A stretch of 64,000 nucleotides of DNA from an uncultured virus (IMG/VR IMGVR_UViG_3300020123_000428) (IMGVR_UViG_3300020123_000428), one strand, 5' to 3'. Positions 10,452 through 20,126 are shown, numbered from the stretch's first letter. Translations and numbers: made by a program. Notes: generated by a model not told the origin, from the sequence alone.

Positions 10452-11887
10452 CTAAAGTACGCGCCGACCGCGGGGTGGATCTCGTGCCCATCCTCTTCGT
10501 GAACGGCAAGCGTCGCGGCCTGCGGATCCGCGGATCGGCGTCGCTCGGCAAGGCGAACCCCGGCAAGCGTCGCGCCCGCAAGGGCAAGATGCCACCCGCG
10601 CTGGCGCGCTACTGGGCGAAGCGTCGCGGGCCCAAGCGGAAGCACCGGCAGCCGACCGCGCTGGCGCGCTACCATGCGCAGCGCCGCAAGGGGGGCAAGC
10701 GTCGCCGCGGCGCTGCCGCGCGGGCGCACGACAAGGGTCTTGCGGCGTTCGCCGCCCACAATCGCAAGCGAGGCCGTCGAGCCCGCAGGAGCAATGCTAT
10801 GGCAAAGGGATCTCGGAAGCGCGCCAAGGCCATGCGGGCCTACTGGCGCAAGCGCAAGGCGGCCGGCAAGAAGGGCGGCCTGGGGCGCACCAAGCGCGCG
10901 CGGCGCCGGCGCAGCAGCGCCGCTCCGAAGCGGCGTCGCGGCCGTGCGCGGAAGGCTGCGCACAAGCGCCGGCGGGCTCGCCGGACGCGGCGTACGCGCA
11001 CCCGGCGCACCCGCATGAGCAAGAAGATCCGTGGCCATCGCCGGCGGGCTCGCCGGGCGCGGGGTACGACCCGCCGGCGCCGCCGCTCGAGCATGCGCAC
11101 CATGCTGGGACCGGGCGGCGGGGCCGTCACGGTCAGGATGAACCCGGGCCGTCGGCGTCGCCGGCGTCGGACGCACGGGCGTCGGCGCGCGCGCCGCGTG
11201 CATCGCCGGTCGTACCGGCGATACCGCCGCGGCTACCGCCGCAACCCCGGCGGCATGCTGATCGATCTGGCCAAGAAGGCCGTGCCGGTGCTGCTGTCGT
11301 TCTACGGATCGCGGCTCATCGTCAACAAGATCGGCCCCATGCTGCCCGGCGTCTCGTCGCTGGGCTCGCTCCAGGGCCCGGCGCTCTCGATCGGTGCGGT
11401 CCTGCTCGCGAACGTCGCCACCAAGAAGGTGGGGGCGCTCGCGTCGCACCGCGAGGAGATCATGCTGGGCACGGCGTTCTCGGCCCTGGACGCGATCTTC
11501 CGCGCGTTCGCGCCGGCCAGCGTCCAGTCGATGATCGGCATGAGCGACTACGTCGCGATGAGCGACTACATCGCTGTGGGCGCGACGCCGCTCCCCGAGA
11601 ACTTCACCCTCTCGGACTACATCGCGGTCGGCAGCGACGGCGTGTCCGAGGAACTGGGGCTCGAGGAGGAGCTCGGGGTGGAGGAGGAACTGGGCGGCGC
11701 CATGGGCAACCCGCTCCTGGGCGGCATGCCCGGCGGCGCCTCGCTGCTCAAGCCGGTGCCGTCCCAGGCGTTCATCGCGCCGGTGCCGGCGCGCTCGTTC
11801 ACCAAGCAGATCCCCGCGGCGACCACGTCCTATGACGCGGCGGCCGACGTCTACGGGGGCATCTTCGGCGGCCGGTTCGGCGGCTGA
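10448..11887 (+). CDS. Arg/Lys-rich putative DNA-condensing core protein with hydrophobic and acidic C-terminal part
   Basis: ~250 aa dominated by R/K runs, then hydrophobic helices, SDY repeats and EELG repeats. Confidence 0.65.
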   Translation: MTKVRADRGVDLVPILFVNGKRRGLRIRGSASLGKANPGKRRARKGKMPPALARYWAKRRGPKRKHRQPTALARYHAQRRKGGKRRRGAAARAHDKGLAAFAAHNRKRGRRARRSNAMAKGSRKRAKAMRAYWRKRKAAGKKGGLGRTKRARRRRSSAAPKRRRGRARKAAHKRRRARRTRRTRTRRTRMSKKIRGHRRRARRARGTTRRRRRSSMRTMLGPGGGAVTVRMNPGRRRRRRRTHGRRRARRVHRRSYRRYRRGYRRNPGGMLIDLAKKAVPVLLSFYGSRLIVNKIGPMLPGVSSLGSLQGPALSIGAVLLANVATKKVGALASHREEIMLGTAFSALDAIFRAFAPASVQSMIGMSDYVAMSDYIAVGATPLPENFTLSDYIAVGSDGVSEELGLEEELGVEEELGGAMGNPLLGGMPGGASLLKPVPSQAFIAPVPARSFTKQIPAATTSYDAAADVYGGIFGGRFGG

Positions 11888-11909
11888 TCCCAACCGAACA
11901 ACGAGATCG

Positions 11910-11923
11910 ACGAGTTCCGAGAT
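11910..11923 (+). promoter_or_regulatory. 14-bp element ACGAGTTCCGAGAT, copy 1
   Basis: identical copy at 12594-12607; each lies ~75 bp before a putative capsid gene. Confidence 0.5.
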
Positions 11924-12000
11924 GTGGCTGGCGCCCCCAGCCAGGTGCTCCAGATGGTCTGGGGACACCGAATCAAACGTACGCGCAAAGGACTCCTTCG

Positions 12001-12576
12001 ATGCCTCGTCTTCACGGCTACCGCGAGCGTCTGCACCAGCCGCTCTGGGACACCCTCCTCCGCTCGACCGGCGATCCGGCGACCCCGATCGTGAACAGCA
12101 CCAAGCTGTTCGGCAACGCCAACATCGGCAACCTGGCGCTGACCAACCTCCAGACCGCCGGCCAGCTCGCCTCGGATCAGACCTACGTGATCCTGGCGCT
12201 GCGGTGCTTCATGTTCTTCGACGGGACCAACCGCCGGACGAACTACCTGGAGGTGACCGCGCAACTGTTCTGGACCCTGACCGTCGGCACCAAGCCGATG
12301 TTTCAGGCGCCGTGCTGGTACTACCCGGCCGGCGGTGGCGTCTGGGGCTTCGACTCGACCCAGTCGATCTTCAGCCACGGCACCCCGGAGCAGGCCGCGA
12401 TCCTGAAGCTGGCCCGCCCGATCATCGTCCCGGTCCGCCAGAACTTCGCCGCGCAGGCGGACTTCTTCGCGATCGGCACGACCTCGGCGCTGGATCTGCT
12501 GAACAGCGGCGCCCCCGACGACGTGAAGAACATCCTCTTCATGCTCGACGGCCTGCAGACCCGCGACGTCCAGTAG
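12001..12576 (+). CDS. putative single-jelly-roll major capsid protein
   Basis: 191 aa, beta-strand-rich, no TM, strongly biased codons, own leader, centre of virion module; fold inferred, not searched. Confidence 0.55.
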   Translation: MPRLHGYRERLHQPLWDTLLRSTGDPATPIVNSTKLFGNANIGNLALTNLQTAGQLASDQTYVILALRCFMFFDGTNRRTNYLEVTAQLFWTLTVGTKPMFQAPCWYYPAGGGVWGFDSTQSIFSHGTPEQAAILKLARPIIVPVRQNFAAQADFFAIGTTSALDLLNSGAPDDVKNILFMLDGLQTRDVQ

Positions 12577-12593
12577 GGACGCGCCGGGCCCCA

Positions 12594-12607
12594 ACGAGTT
12601 CCGAGAT
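12594..12607 (+). promoter_or_regulatory. 14-bp element ACGAGTTCCGAGAT, copy 2
   Basis: identical to 11910-11923. Confidence 0.5.
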
Positions 12608-12679
12608 CTTTATCCGCCACCACCGATCCCGGCATGCCGCCGGGATCGAGCCTGACTTCAGGAACCCCCGAGGGGAGCC

Positions 12680-13303
12680 ATGGCGACCGATCCCGCACTT
12701 GCCGCAGCCGTCCGGACGCATCGCGACGCGATCGTCAACCTCCAGAACACCGTCAACCAGCTGAGCCAGCAGGTCGCGGCGGCGCAGAGTCGCCCCCGAT
12801 CGGTGCAGGAGGAGATCGACGCCATCGAGGGCCGTCGCATCGAGTCCGTGCTCGCCGGCGAGGTGACGTTCACCGCCAACGATGTCGGCCAGCGCGCCAC
12901 GCCGATCATCATCCAGGTGTCGCAGGACGGCCCCTTCGTGATGACCCACTACCCGATGGCGCTGTGGTTCCCGTCGGCGCCCTCGACCGCCACGAACCTG
13001 AACCGGTGGCGTCCGGTGACCACGTTCCCCCTGCCGACGCAGGTGGTCGGCACCGACATCATCGACATCCAGTACGAGCTCAACGATGGCGGGTCGCAGC
13101 GCTTCATGCAGAACGAGCCCCGCGGCCCGCTCCTGTCGCGGCCTGACAACATCGTCCCGTGCCCGGTTCCCACCTTGTGGGCGCCGAACGCGGCCATCGT
13201 GTTCCAGCCGACGTACCTGTCGCTCACCTGGAACAGCGCCACTCCGCCCACCCAGGGGACGCTCCACGTCGACCTGATCGGCTACCGCATCGTCAACCTC
13301 TGA
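12680..13303 (+). CDS. putative second jelly-roll capsid protein
   Basis: 207 aa; N-terminal helix then beta-rich domain ending LHVDLIGYR, comparable to ILFMLDGLQ of the upstream protein. Confidence 0.5.
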   Translation: MATDPALAAAVRTHRDAIVNLQNTVNQLSQQVAAAQSRPRSVQEEIDAIEGRRIESVLAGEVTFTANDVGQRATPIIIQVSQDGPFVMTHYPMALWFPSAPSTATNLNRWRPVTTFPLPTQVVGTDIIDIQYELNDGGSQRFMQNEPRGPLLSRPDNIVPCPVPTLWAPNAAIVFQPTYLSLTWNSATPPTQGTLHVDLIGYRIVNL

Positions 13304-13830
13304 TGATGACTCACCGCTCCATCGGCCGCGCCGCCGGTCGCCGGGTGCTCCCCGGTGGCCATGCGGGCCTGCGCGCCGGTCGGCCGATGGGAGACGTCAT
13401 CAGCGACCTGACGGACTTCTTCACGCTCTCGAGCGGGTCGGTGGCCGCGCTGGCCGCGCAGGTGAACCGGTTCGGGGCGCAGGCGCCCTCCGGCTACCAG
13501 TTCGTGACCACGCCGATCGTTGCCACTGGCAACCTGGACGTGGGCCTGGCCACGGTGGCGCTCGCCATCTACCAGCGGCGCGCCACCGACGCCTACAACC
13601 AGTTCCACGATCAGGGCTCGGCGCAGGCGATCCAGGTCGCCAACCAGGCGCTGGGGGATCCGGTCTCGTACGTCGGCGCCCACATGGCGGACGTCACGCA
13701 GATCATCCAGGCGTTCGGCGACTCGCTGGGCATTCCGCCCGCGGCGGGCGACGCCACGTCCGGTGGCCCCTCCACGCAGACGCTCCTCTGGCTCGCGGGC
13801 CTGGGCCTGGCGATCTGGTGGATGAGGTGA
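13303..13830 (+). CDS. membrane-anchored virion protein
   Basis: RPMGD motif; C-terminal TM. Confidence 0.55.
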   Translation: MMTHRSIGRAAGRRVLPGGHAGLRAGRPMGDVISDLTDFFTLSSGSVAALAAQVNRFGAQAPSGYQFVTTPIVATGNLDVGLATVALAIYQRRATDAYNQFHDQGSAQAIQVANQALGDPVSYVGAHMADVTQIIQAFGDSLGIPPAAGDATSGGPSTQTLLWLAGLGLAIWWMR

Positions 13831-13832
13831 CC

Positions 13833-14438
13833 ATGGCGACCACCACCGCGATCTCGACCACGGATGTCCAGCAGGCGGCGGCCGAGCTGGCGCGCATGCG
13901 GCGCTCGCTGTCGGGCTGGCTCAAGTACCGGACCCTGAACGATCAGGTGCTGGCCGGGACCGCGCCGGTGCGAAAGCCCATGGCGTACGCGCAGCGCGTC
14001 GTGGCGTCGCGGCGGGACATGGCGATCGAGCAAGATCTCGCCACCAAGCTCTCGGCGCTCCTGACCGCGGTGATGCCCGGGACTCCGCTGCCGCCGCCCG
14101 ACGTCTCGTCCAACCCCCAGGCCGCGCTCCAGCTCGCGCAGATCGCGCTCCTGGGCGGGACATCGGTGCCGACGCCCACCGCGACCGGGGGCCTGTTCGC
14201 GGGGCCTCACCCGTGGCTCTGGCCGGCGCTGATCGTCGGCGGGCTGCTCCTGGTCGTGACGACCGCGATCAAGACCGCGGCGGACGTGGCCAAGGATCAG
14301 GAGCAGACCGCGTGCATCGAGGCCGGGGCGTGCACGGACTACGGGTTCTGGCTCAAGGCGGCGGGCGTGGTTACGCTCGCGTGGTTCGCCTGGGAGAAGA
14401 TGGGCGTGGGAGATATGTTCAAGAAGGGGAGGTCGTGA
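13833..14438 (+). CDS. two-TM virion protein
   Basis: two hydrophobic helices in the C-terminal half. Confidence 0.6.
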   Translation: MATTTAISTTDVQQAAAELARMRRSLSGWLKYRTLNDQVLAGTAPVRKPMAYAQRVVASRRDMAIEQDLATKLSALLTAVMPGTPLPPPDVSSNPQAALQLAQIALLGGTSVPTPTATGGLFAGPHPWLWPALIVGGLLLVVTTAIKTAADVAKDQEQTACIEAGACTDYGFWLKAAGVVTLAWFAWEKMGVGDMFKKGRS

Positions 14439-14587
14439 TCCAGGTCGCCTGACGCCGCTCGCTCTCCACGTCCCTCGCGATGCCGCCCCGTTCTCTCCTT
14501 GGGGGGCGAAATCCCGGAAAAGACGCGGGGGGCGCGAAGGGCGGGCGACTTCAGGCGACCTACCACCGACCCCTCGAGGAGGACCAC

Positions 14588-14929
14588 ATGGGATACACGA
14601 AGCGATACCGACGCCGCCACGGGCTCTCCGGCCTGGGGGATCTGACCAGCACGCTGGCGACCGCGGCCAACGTCGCGAGCGATCCGTACTTCCCCGAGGT
14701 GGTCTGCCAGATCCAGGCGCTCCAGGCCATCAACCACGGCCAGACGCCGGCCGCGTGCGCGGTGACCCCGCCGGGGACCCCGGACGACTTCGGCCTGGCC
14801 AACGCGCTCACCGGCCTCCGCGCGTACGTCTACGCCCAGGCCAACCCCTGGGCGTACGCGGTGGCGGCGATGGTGGTCGTGGGACTGCCGATGTGGATCG
14901 GCTTCGAGCTCGGCAAGGGGAGGGCATGA
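14588..14929 (+). CDS. small membrane virion protein
   Basis: GGAGGA RBS; MGYTKRYRRRHGLSGLGD; C-terminal TM. Confidence 0.6.
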   Translation: MGYTKRYRRRHGLSGLGDLTSTLATAANVASDPYFPEVVCQIQALQAINHGQTPAACAVTPPGTPDDFGLANALTGLRAYVYAQANPWAYAVAAMVVVGLPMWIGFELGKGRA

Positions 14930-15234
14930 TGAAGACCCGCACTCTCCTGTGGCTGGGCGCCGCCGGCGCGGCGGCCTACTACCTCTACCGCCAGTCGACA
15001 TCCGCGGCGGTGAGCGCCTCGGCGGCGCAGGCGGTGACGACGCCCACGACCGCGGTCGTGCCGGCCACGGGCGCGACGGTGGTGGCGCCGCCGGGCGCGA
15101 CGGTCGTCGTGCAGACCGACGATGCCGACATGGACTACGGTCCGGTCTGGGCGAGCCCGTGGCAGTCGCTGATGCCGGGGCGCGGGCGCGGACATGGCGG
15201 CCACGGTGGGCGCGGCCATGGAGGCCATCACTGA
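14926..15234 (+). CDS. small membrane protein with Gly/His-rich tail
   Basis: N-terminal TM; GHGG repeats. Confidence 0.5.
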   Translation: MMKTRTLLWLGAAGAAAYYLYRQSTSAAVSASAAQAVTTPTTAVVPATGATVVAPPGATVVVQTDDADMDYGPVWASPWQSLMPGRGRGHGGHGGRGHGGHH

Positions 15235-15884
15235 TGTCGTACACCAGGGATCCGGACCAGGCGACGCGCGGGGTCGGGGCGATCGCGGCGGCCGATCACA
15301 GCCGGGCCCGGCAGCGCCAGCGCGTTCAGGTCGGACGCGCCACGCAGCGCCGAGATCGGGCGATGGCGGCGGTGGCCCGCGGCGCGCTGGGCGCCACCAA
15401 GCAGTACAACACGACCTCCGGCTACAGCCGGCAGGTGCCGCTCCGGTCGACGCCGGTGTCGCACCCGGTAGCGACCGTCCCGCCGGCCAGCAACCCCGTC
15501 GCGACGCCGCCCGCCGGGAGCGGCGGTGGCATGTACATCCCTCCGCCGGCCGGGACGACCCTGCCGGTGGCGACCGTGCCGCCGCCGATCCAGCCGCTGC
15601 CGCCGATCTCGGCGCCGCCCGCGAGCGGCGGATCATCGAGCGGATCGGGTGGATCGGCCGGGCCCGCGGGCCCGAGCGGCTCCAGCGGCTCGACTAGCAC
15701 GGGCGTGGTGCTCACCAACCCCGGCATCGATCCGCTGCCGACGCTGGCGCCGCTCCCCGATGACGGGAGAGACCTCAGTGCGACCTCGCCGGATCACACC
15801 CTCCGCAACGTGGCGCTGATCGGCGGGGCGGCGGTCGCGGCCTACTTCCTGTTTTTCCGGAAGAAGAAGGGCACCTCGCCATGA
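15234..15884 (+). CDS. Pro/Ser-rich membrane-anchored virion protein
   Basis: C-terminal TM + RKKK. Confidence 0.55.
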   Translation: MSYTRDPDQATRGVGAIAAADHSRARQRQRVQVGRATQRRDRAMAAVARGALGATKQYNTTSGYSRQVPLRSTPVSHPVATVPPASNPVATPPAGSGGGMYIPPPAGTTLPVATVPPPIQPLPPISAPPASGGSSSGSGGSAGPAGPSGSSGSTSTGVVLTNPGIDPLPTLAPLPDDGRDLSATSPDHTLRNVALIGGAAVAAYFLFFRKKKGTSP

Positions 15885-16207
15885 GCTACTTCCGCCGCCC
15901 GATGGGGGATGGCCCCGTCACCGATCCATCGCAGGTGGATCCGACCGTCTCCACCATCGTCGGCACCGTCCCGCCGACCCTGGTCGACTGCGCGCAGCTG
16001 CCCGCGGACTCGCCGTGGCGGCAGCCGGGGCAGGTCTGCGCGCCGAAGACCAGCGTGATCGACGACCTGACCAACTTCTTCACGCTCTCGCCCTCGAGCT
16101 CGACGGCGAGCACCTCGGGCACCGGCTCGGCGATCCCGCCGATCGCGTGGGTCGGCGCGGCCGCAGTCGCGGCCTACTACCTGTTCGGCAAGAAGGGACG
16201 CCGCTGA
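15881..16207 (+). CDS. small membrane virion protein
   Basis: MSYFRRPMGD; C-terminal TM + KKGRR. Confidence 0.6.
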   Translation: MSYFRRPMGDGPVTDPSQVDPTVSTIVGTVPPTLVDCAQLPADSPWRQPGQVCAPKTSVIDDLTNFFTLSPSSSTASTSGTGSAIPPIAWVGAAAVAAYYLFGKKGRR

Positions 16208-16452
16208 TGCCGTACCTGATGCGCAAGATCCCGCGCTCCTCGTTCATGGGGATGGGCGCGGACATGTCGCCGCCGGCGGGCATCAGCAGCGACACGCCGC
16301 CGATCACGATGATGCCAGTCGCCATCGTGTCGCAGACCCCGCCGGTCTCAGCGCCGACCACCACCAGTCCCGGGCCCGGGATCCCGCCGTATCTACTGTG
16401 GGGCGGTGCCGCACTCCTGGCATACTGGGTCCTGTTCCACAAGGGGGTATGA
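16207..16452 (+). CDS. small membrane virion protein
   Basis: C-terminal TM; TGATG coupling. Confidence 0.5.
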   Translation: MPYLMRKIPRSSFMGMGADMSPPAGISSDTPPITMMPVAIVSQTPPVSAPTTTSPGPGIPPYLLWGGAALLAYWVLFHKGV

Positions 16453-16898
16453 AGATGCCGTACATGAAGCGCACCCTCATCCGTCGCCTGCCGCCGCGCG
16501 GTCGCCGCCGCGGCATGGGCTGCTCGGCCATGGGCGATTTCACCGACTCCGATCAGTGCTCGACCATCCCGCTGGGCGACCCGTACCGCAAGCCGGGCAA
16601 CTACTGCGCCACCCCGGACGGTGGTACCACGACCTTCAACGCGGACGGCACGACCTACCGCCAGCCCGGCTACACGGTCGATCCGGACCCGGCCCACCCG
16701 GCCGGTACCGGGCCCGGCGGATCGGCCACGACCGGCGCGGGCACCGGATCGTCGTTCCTGGACTCGCTGCTCAAGGTGGTGACCACCCCGACGCCGCCGA
16801 CCGTGATCGCGCCGGTCTCGACCGGGCTCTCCACCACCACCGCGATCGCGCTGGCCGGCGGCGCGATCCTCCTGGCGCTCATGCTGTCGCGGAACTGA
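16449..16898 (+). CDS. small membrane virion protein
   Basis: basic N-terminus, AMGD motif, C-terminal TM. Confidence 0.55.
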   Translation: MKMPYMKRTLIRRLPPRGRRRGMGCSAMGDFTDSDQCSTIPLGDPYRKPGNYCATPDGGTTTFNADGTTYRQPGYTVDPDPAHPAGTGPGGSATTGAGTGSSFLDSLLKVVTTPTPPTVIAPVSTGLSTTTAIALAGGAILLALMLSRN

Positions 16899-16909
16899 AG
16901 GGACCCACC

Positions 16910-17173
16910 ATGGCGTACATGCGCAACGATCTGATCAGCCGCTCCGGGTACTCCGGGGTCGGCGACATCTGGGACACGATCACCGGCGCCGCCGGCTCGG
17001 CGCTCAAGATCTACGGCTCCCAGCAGCAGGCCGCCGGCGCCGCCGCGGCGACCAGCGCCGACCTGAACGCCGCGCTGGCCGCGCAGCAGGGCATCGGGAC
17101 CGGGACGATCTTGCTCCTGGGCGGCGTCGGGATCGCGGCGTTCCTGCTCCTGCGCAAGAAGAAGGCGGCGTAG
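16910..17173 (+). CDS. small membrane virion protein
   Basis: GYSGVGDIWD; C-terminal TM + RKKK. Confidence 0.6.
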   Translation: MAYMRNDLISRSGYSGVGDIWDTITGAAGSALKIYGSQQQAAGAAAATSADLNAALAAQQGIGTGTILLLGGVGIAAFLLLRKKKAA

Positions 17174-17176
17174 CCC

Positions 17177-17722
17177 ATGGCGCAGCAGAGCCTGAGCGTC
17201 GACCTGTCGGACCCGACCGTCCAGAAGATGCTGGGCGTGGACGGCGGCGTTGCCGCTGGCAAGCGGTGCGAGGTCGTCCAGCTCGCCGGCGACGCCCCCG
17301 ATCCGACCCAGATGACGGGCCTGCGCGGTATGCAGTCGACCCACCGCCTGAACGCCGCCAAGCAGGAGGTGGTGGTGGTGTTCGGCGACGTGCTGATGAC
17401 GGTCGATGTCTACGCGCTCCCCGGCGAGCCGATGAAGGTGCACCTGTACTGCCCCCGGTGCCACAAGCACTCGACGGTGCCGGGCGACCGCAAGCGCATC
17501 GAGTTCGAGCCGCGCGCCCTGAACCCGATGCGGACCCAGATCCTGGCCGCCGGGCGCCCCGAGCTCGTGGCCCTGGCCCACTTCGGGCGGATCTCGATCG
17601 AGGCGTTCGAGTGCCCGTGGGAGATCGGCGATGCGCCGCACGTCGCGGGCGCGGTGCACACCGGCGCGTCGATGTGCCGGCTCAAGCTGGTGATCGACTG
17701 CAATCGCGCGCGGGAGGCGTGA
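17177..17722 (+). CDS. putative Zn-binding protein
   Basis: CPRC plus distal Cys residues. Confidence 0.55.
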   Translation: MAQQSLSVDLSDPTVQKMLGVDGGVAAGKRCEVVQLAGDAPDPTQMTGLRGMQSTHRLNAAKQEVVVVFGDVLMTVDVYALPGEPMKVHLYCPRCHKHSTVPGDRKRIEFEPRALNPMRTQILAAGRPELVALAHFGRISIEAFECPWEIGDAPHVAGAVHTGASMCRLKLVIDCNRAREA

Positions 17723-17729
17723 TCCGTCG

Positions 17730-19505
17730 ATGCCGCGCATGGCGCATCTCCAGGAGATGGATGACGCCGCCATGGACGGCATGGCGCGGGCGCTGTGGGT
17801 CCACGCGTACATGATCTGGGTGACGGAGGTCGAGCCGGCGCCCGAGATCACATCCGACGACTGGGGGTCTCAGGCGCCGAACACGGCGGTCACCCGGCGC
17901 GTGTCGATGCAGTCCGCCCGCGCGCTGGCGGAGTTGATCCAGCAGGTCAACGACCTGGGTGCGCGTCCGCTGGGCGCGTTGTTCCTGCGGATGAGCGCGC
18001 GCGCCGACGCCAACCGGGCGTACATGTTCGGACGTGAGATCGCCCTCCTGTGCGTGGGCGTGCGCGACCGCGCGGACAGCACGCTGATCCCGCCCGGCCA
18101 CGCGTTCCCGGTGCTGCCCTCGTTTCACATCGAGCTCGACGATGACGGCCAGGAACTCACGTGGGAGGGCGGCGTGGAGGCGACCGAGAACCCGGCGTGG
18201 CCGTCCTCGAGCGTCCAGAGCCTCCTCTTCGAGCGCGGGCGGTACACCGAGCGCCAGGCCCAGCGCTGGGCGCAGGATCACGGCTACCGCCACACCGCGG
18301 TCGACACGACGGGCGACTACATCCACCTGCGGCAGTTCCCGCCCGACGGTCGGCCGTGCCGCAACATCGAGTTCGGCCACGGCGTCCACGCGGTGGTGTG
18401 CGCGACATCGAACCCCGGCACGGGCCCGACCGTGCTGATCTTGGAGGACGATCCGAAGATCCAGTCGGCGCTGAGCCGGTGGGTGAAGAAGATCTTCGGC
18501 GCCAGGAACGTCCACATCGCGGTCGCGGACAACGTCGATGCGGCGGTCGCCGACCTCTCGGCCCACGACGTGAAGCTCATCGTGAGCGACGTCGATGTCA
18601 TCGGCAACCAGAGCGGCCTGGACTTCTTCGAGCACGTCAAGACCCAGCGACCGGACCTGGTCGATCGGTTCATCTTCTTCACCGGCAACTCGGCCGCGCA
18701 GGCGGTGCACTACCGCTACGTCCCCAAGGGCGGCGCGACCTTCGAGGACTTCAAGCGGGTGTACCGGGCCGACCGCGCCGAGCTGGAGGGTGGGCCGGCG
18801 CCGGAGGGCGCATCGCCCGTGGCCCTCCCGCGCACCCGCGCCACGTCCGCGCCGATGACGCTGGCCGAGTTCGCCGAGGCCGTGACGCAGGCGATGCGAC
18901 GCGTGCCCGAGGGCCAGTCCTCCGATGGGCGGTTCCAGGGGCGGGTCGGGGACAATGTGTTCATTGCGGCCGCGTGGCGAGCGCTCCGGGACCCGCGGCT
19001 CTCGGCGATGACGCTCGAGCAGTTCAAGCACCGGCTACTGCAGGCCAACCGTGAGCAACTGCTCCTCCTGAGTCGCGCGGACGCCCAGGGCGACATGGAC
19101 ACGGACGATCTCGTGACGTCCGAGATCGAGGACATGGGCGCGCGGTTCCACTTCATCCAGGATCTGCGGCGCAACGGGGGCATGTCGCTCCGCGAGTTCG
19201 CCCGGCTGGTGAGCGTCGAACTGCCCTACATCCCCGTCGAGCCCGATGTCGATGGCTACCGGGCCCGTGGGCGGTTCGGGCGCAAGGTCTTTATCAGCGC
19301 GCTGTGGCGCCAGATGAAGACGCACCCCCGCTTCGATGGCATGACGCTCCCGCAGTTCCAGCAGCGCCTCGTTCAGGCCCACCGGGAGCGGCTCTTGACC
19401 CTGGCGCGCGCGGACCTCGTGGCGGCGATGGACCCGCGCGAAGTCGCCGAGTCCGAGACCGACGTCGACGGGATCGCCCAGTTTCATTTCGTGGTGGACG
19501 AGTGA
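17730..19505 (+). CDS. multidomain protein with receiver (REC)-like domain and duplicated C-terminal domain
   Basis: VLILEDD...LIVSD...SGLDF...FIFFTG...VPK receiver pattern; two copies of VFI..W..MTL.QF..RL..A.RE.LL.L.RAD. Confidence 0.65.
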   Translation: MPRMAHLQEMDDAAMDGMARALWVHAYMIWVTEVEPAPEITSDDWGSQAPNTAVTRRVSMQSARALAELIQQVNDLGARPLGALFLRMSARADANRAYMFGREIALLCVGVRDRADSTLIPPGHAFPVLPSFHIELDDDGQELTWEGGVEATENPAWPSSSVQSLLFERGRYTERQAQRWAQDHGYRHTAVDTTGDYIHLRQFPPDGRPCRNIEFGHGVHAVVCATSNPGTGPTVLILEDDPKIQSALSRWVKKIFGARNVHIAVADNVDAAVADLSAHDVKLIVSDVDVIGNQSGLDFFEHVKTQRPDLVDRFIFFTGNSAAQAVHYRYVPKGGATFEDFKRVYRADRAELEGGPAPEGASPVALPRTRATSAPMTLAEFAEAVTQAMRRVPEGQSSDGRFQGRVGDNVFIAAAWRALRDPRLSAMTLEQFKHRLLQANREQLLLLSRADAQGDMDTDDLVTSEIEDMGARFHFIQDLRRNGGMSLREFARLVSVELPYIPVEPDVDGYRARGRFGRKVFISALWRQMKTHPRFDGMTLPQFQQRLVQAHRERLLTLARADLVAAMDPREVAESETDVDGIAQFHFVVDE

Positions 19506-19508
19506 TCA

Positions 19509-20126
19509 ATGGGCTACACCCGCACGCTCCGCCCCGCGCTCGGCGCCACGCCGATCGCCGCCGACGCTCCTGAGCCCGGCAAGCCACAGCCCCCGATCTA
19601 CCCGCTGGTGGTCGGCGATCACGGCGGCTGGCTCGAGGTGCGCAGCACCACGGCGGACGGATCGTGCGGGGTGCACGGCTATCCGTGCCGCCATCCGGGG
19701 GTCGATGTCGCCGGCGCCGCAGGCACCACCGTCGTGGCGCCCGAGACCGGATCGATCGTGATGGTCGGTGACGGGTCGGCGGCGCCGTTCGTGGGCTACG
19801 GGCCGTGGTTCGCGATCATCGCGGGCGCGGACAGTGGCAAGTTCCACTTCCTGGGGCACCTGGATCCCACGGGCGCGGCCTTGGCGCCGGTGGGCGCGCA
19901 GGTCACCGCAGGGGATCCGATCGGGGTCACGAGCTCGGCGAATCATACCCACTGGGAGGTCCGTGATCAGATCGTGCCGAACTTCGCCGCCGGCGAGGAC
20001 AACTTCACCAACAACAGCGACCCGATCGGCTGGTTAACGACCGCCGCGATCGGGGCCGGGACGCTCTTGGTGGCGGGTGCTGCGGCGGCGATCTTCCTCT
20101 GGCTCTTACTTCGGAGGCGTCCATGA
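19509..20126 (+). CDS. M23-family peptidoglycan peptidase with C-terminal membrane anchor
   Basis: HPGVD (HxxxD), GHL, HTHWEV (HxH) motifs. Confidence 0.75.
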   Translation: MGYTRTLRPALGATPIAADAPEPGKPQPPIYPLVVGDHGGWLEVRSTTADGSCGVHGYPCRHPGVDVAGAAGTTVVAPETGSIVMVGDGSAAPFVGYGPWFAIIAGADSGKFHFLGHLDPTGAALAPVGAQVTAGDPIGVTSSANHTHWEVRDQIVPNFAAGEDNFTNNSDPIGWLTTAAIGAGTLLVAGAAAAIFLWLLLRRRP

